64,000 nt of DNA. Source: an uncultured delta proteobacterium (GTDB lineage: Bacteria > Myxococcota > Myxococcia > Myxococcales > Anaeromyxobacteraceae). A program made the position numbers and the translations under genes. The stretch is taken from positions 128,001 to 192,000 of the forward strand of contig CAVYBH010000013.1 in the NCBI GenBank assembly GCA_963766715.1, in the 5' to 3' direction. The notes under the pieces are model-generated. The model saw only the letters and a list, made by a program, of their open reading frames with translations. It ran no database searches and had not been told where the DNA came from. Shown here piece by piece: positions 62,931-64,000 of the stretch; the stretch's first letter is position 1; each line of letters begins with the position of its first letter.

Positions 62931-64000
62931 CCCGCGAAGAGCTCACCCACCGGAAGCGGGCCAGCGGCTCGCGCACCCGGACGCGCGTCCGCCTGGGCGG
63001 AAGCTCGCGCGACGAGGTCCGCGCCCGGCTCGACCGGCTCGTCGAGTTCGCCCGGGGGCACCACAAGGCCCTCATCCTCACCCACGACAATCCCGACCCG
63101 GACTCGCTGGCGTCGGGCGTCGCGCTGGCCTGGCTGCTCGAGCAGACCGCCGGCGTCGAGGCGGTGGTGGCCTACGGCGGCATCGTCGGCCGGGCCGAGA
63201 ACCGGGCGCTCGTGAAGGTCCTTCGGCTCCCGGTCGTCCCGCTCTCCCGCGTGGTCTTCGACGACTACGACCTCATCGCCATGGTGGACACGCAGCCCGA
63301 GCAGGGGAACCACTCCCTGCCGGCGGCCCACTTCCCGGACGTGGTCATCGACCACCACCCCGAGCGGCCGGAGACCCGGCTCGCGGTGGTCGCCGACGTG
63401 GGGCGCGACACCGGGGCCACCTCCACGGTGGTCACCGACTACCTGCGGGCGAGCGGCCTCCCGGTCCCCTCCGCCATCGCCACCGCCCTCTTCTACGGGA
63501 TCAAGTCCGACACGCGGGACCTGGAGCGGGAGACCACCGAGCCGGACGTCGAGGCCTACCTCTGGCTCTTCCCCAAGGCCGACTCGCAGGCCCTCTCCCA
63601 GATCGAGCACCCGCGCCTCCCGGAGGACTACTTCCGGCTCTTCCACGCGGCGGTCGAGAAGGCGCGCATCCACGGCGACGCGGTGCTCTGCGATCTCGGC
63701 AAGGTCTACTATCCCGACCTGGTCGCCGAGGTGGCCGACCGGTTCCTGTCCATGGGCGACGTGAAGTGGTCGCTGGCCGTCGGGGAGTACCGCAGCAGCC
63801 TCTACTTCTCGCTGCGCACGCGCGACCGGCGCATGAACGCCGGCAAGATGATCCGCGAGATCATCGAGGCGCACGGCGGGGCGGCGGGCGGACACGGGTC
63901 GATGGCGGGCGCACGCCTCCCGCTCAAGCGGATGCCCGCGGCGGCCCGCAAGCGCCTCCTCCAGGGGATCTTCCGCTCGTTCCTTCGCGAGTTCGGCGAG
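62927..64000 (+). CDS. DHH-family phosphoesterase (3' end runs off the window)
   Basis: Own translation from ATG 62927: THDNPDPDSL, VDTQ, IDHH, GATST, GIKSDT, GGH. Confidence 0.9.
   Translation, partial: MTREELTHRKRASGSRTRTRVRLGGSSRDEVRARLDRLVEFARGHHKALILTHDNPDPDSLASGVALAWLLEQTAGVEAVVAYGGIVGRAENRALVKVLRLPVVPLSRVVFDDYDLIAMVDTQPEQGNHSLPAAHFPDVVIDHHPERPETRLAVVADVGRDTGATSTVVTDYLRASGLPVPSAIATALFYGIKSDTRDLERETTEPDVEAYLWLFPKADSQALSQIEHPRLPEDYFRLFHAAVEKARIHGDAVLCDLGKVYYPDLVAEVADRFLSMGDVKWSLAVGEYRSSLYFSLRTRDRRMNAGKMIREIIEAHGGAAGGHGSMAGARLPLKRMPAAARKRLLQGIFRSFLREFGE

Overview
Very GC-rich bacterial chromosome segment. Gene content and order suggest Myxococcota, probably Anaeromyxobacter-like (inference). 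It is almost all core housekeeping genes: uvrA; purC/purB/dut; rimP-nusA-ylxR-infB-DUF503-rbfA-truB-rpsO-pnp; otsB-sixA-xseAB-response regulator-ispA-dxs-tlyA; lysS-lolC/E-lolD-bamA-skp-lpxD-fabZ-lpxA-lpxI-DUF167 followed by hemE-hemN-hemH; GH57 branching enzyme; a Ser/Thr kinase; glnE, ilvE and nfo. I saw no tRNA, rRNA, CRISPR array or intact transposase. At least 14 genes, several of them essential, carry apparent single-base (+1) insertions. These are most likely sequencing or assembly errors, so I report them as whole CDSs. The most interesting items are: (1) an exported metallothionein-like protein built from a duplicated CxC module; (2) a catalytically degenerate Fic protein heading a Fic-nfo-DHH cluster; (3) recurrent TAnnnT boxes 6-10 nt upstream of start codons, suggesting leaderless transcription, including a perfectly palindromic bidirectional -10 element; (4) a degraded HNH-nuclease element; (5) a basic double-C3H zinc-finger protein; (6) a kinase-PilZ-J-like-TPR fusion. 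No large new system is demonstrable from the sequence alone. All family assignments come from motif recognition, not database searches.
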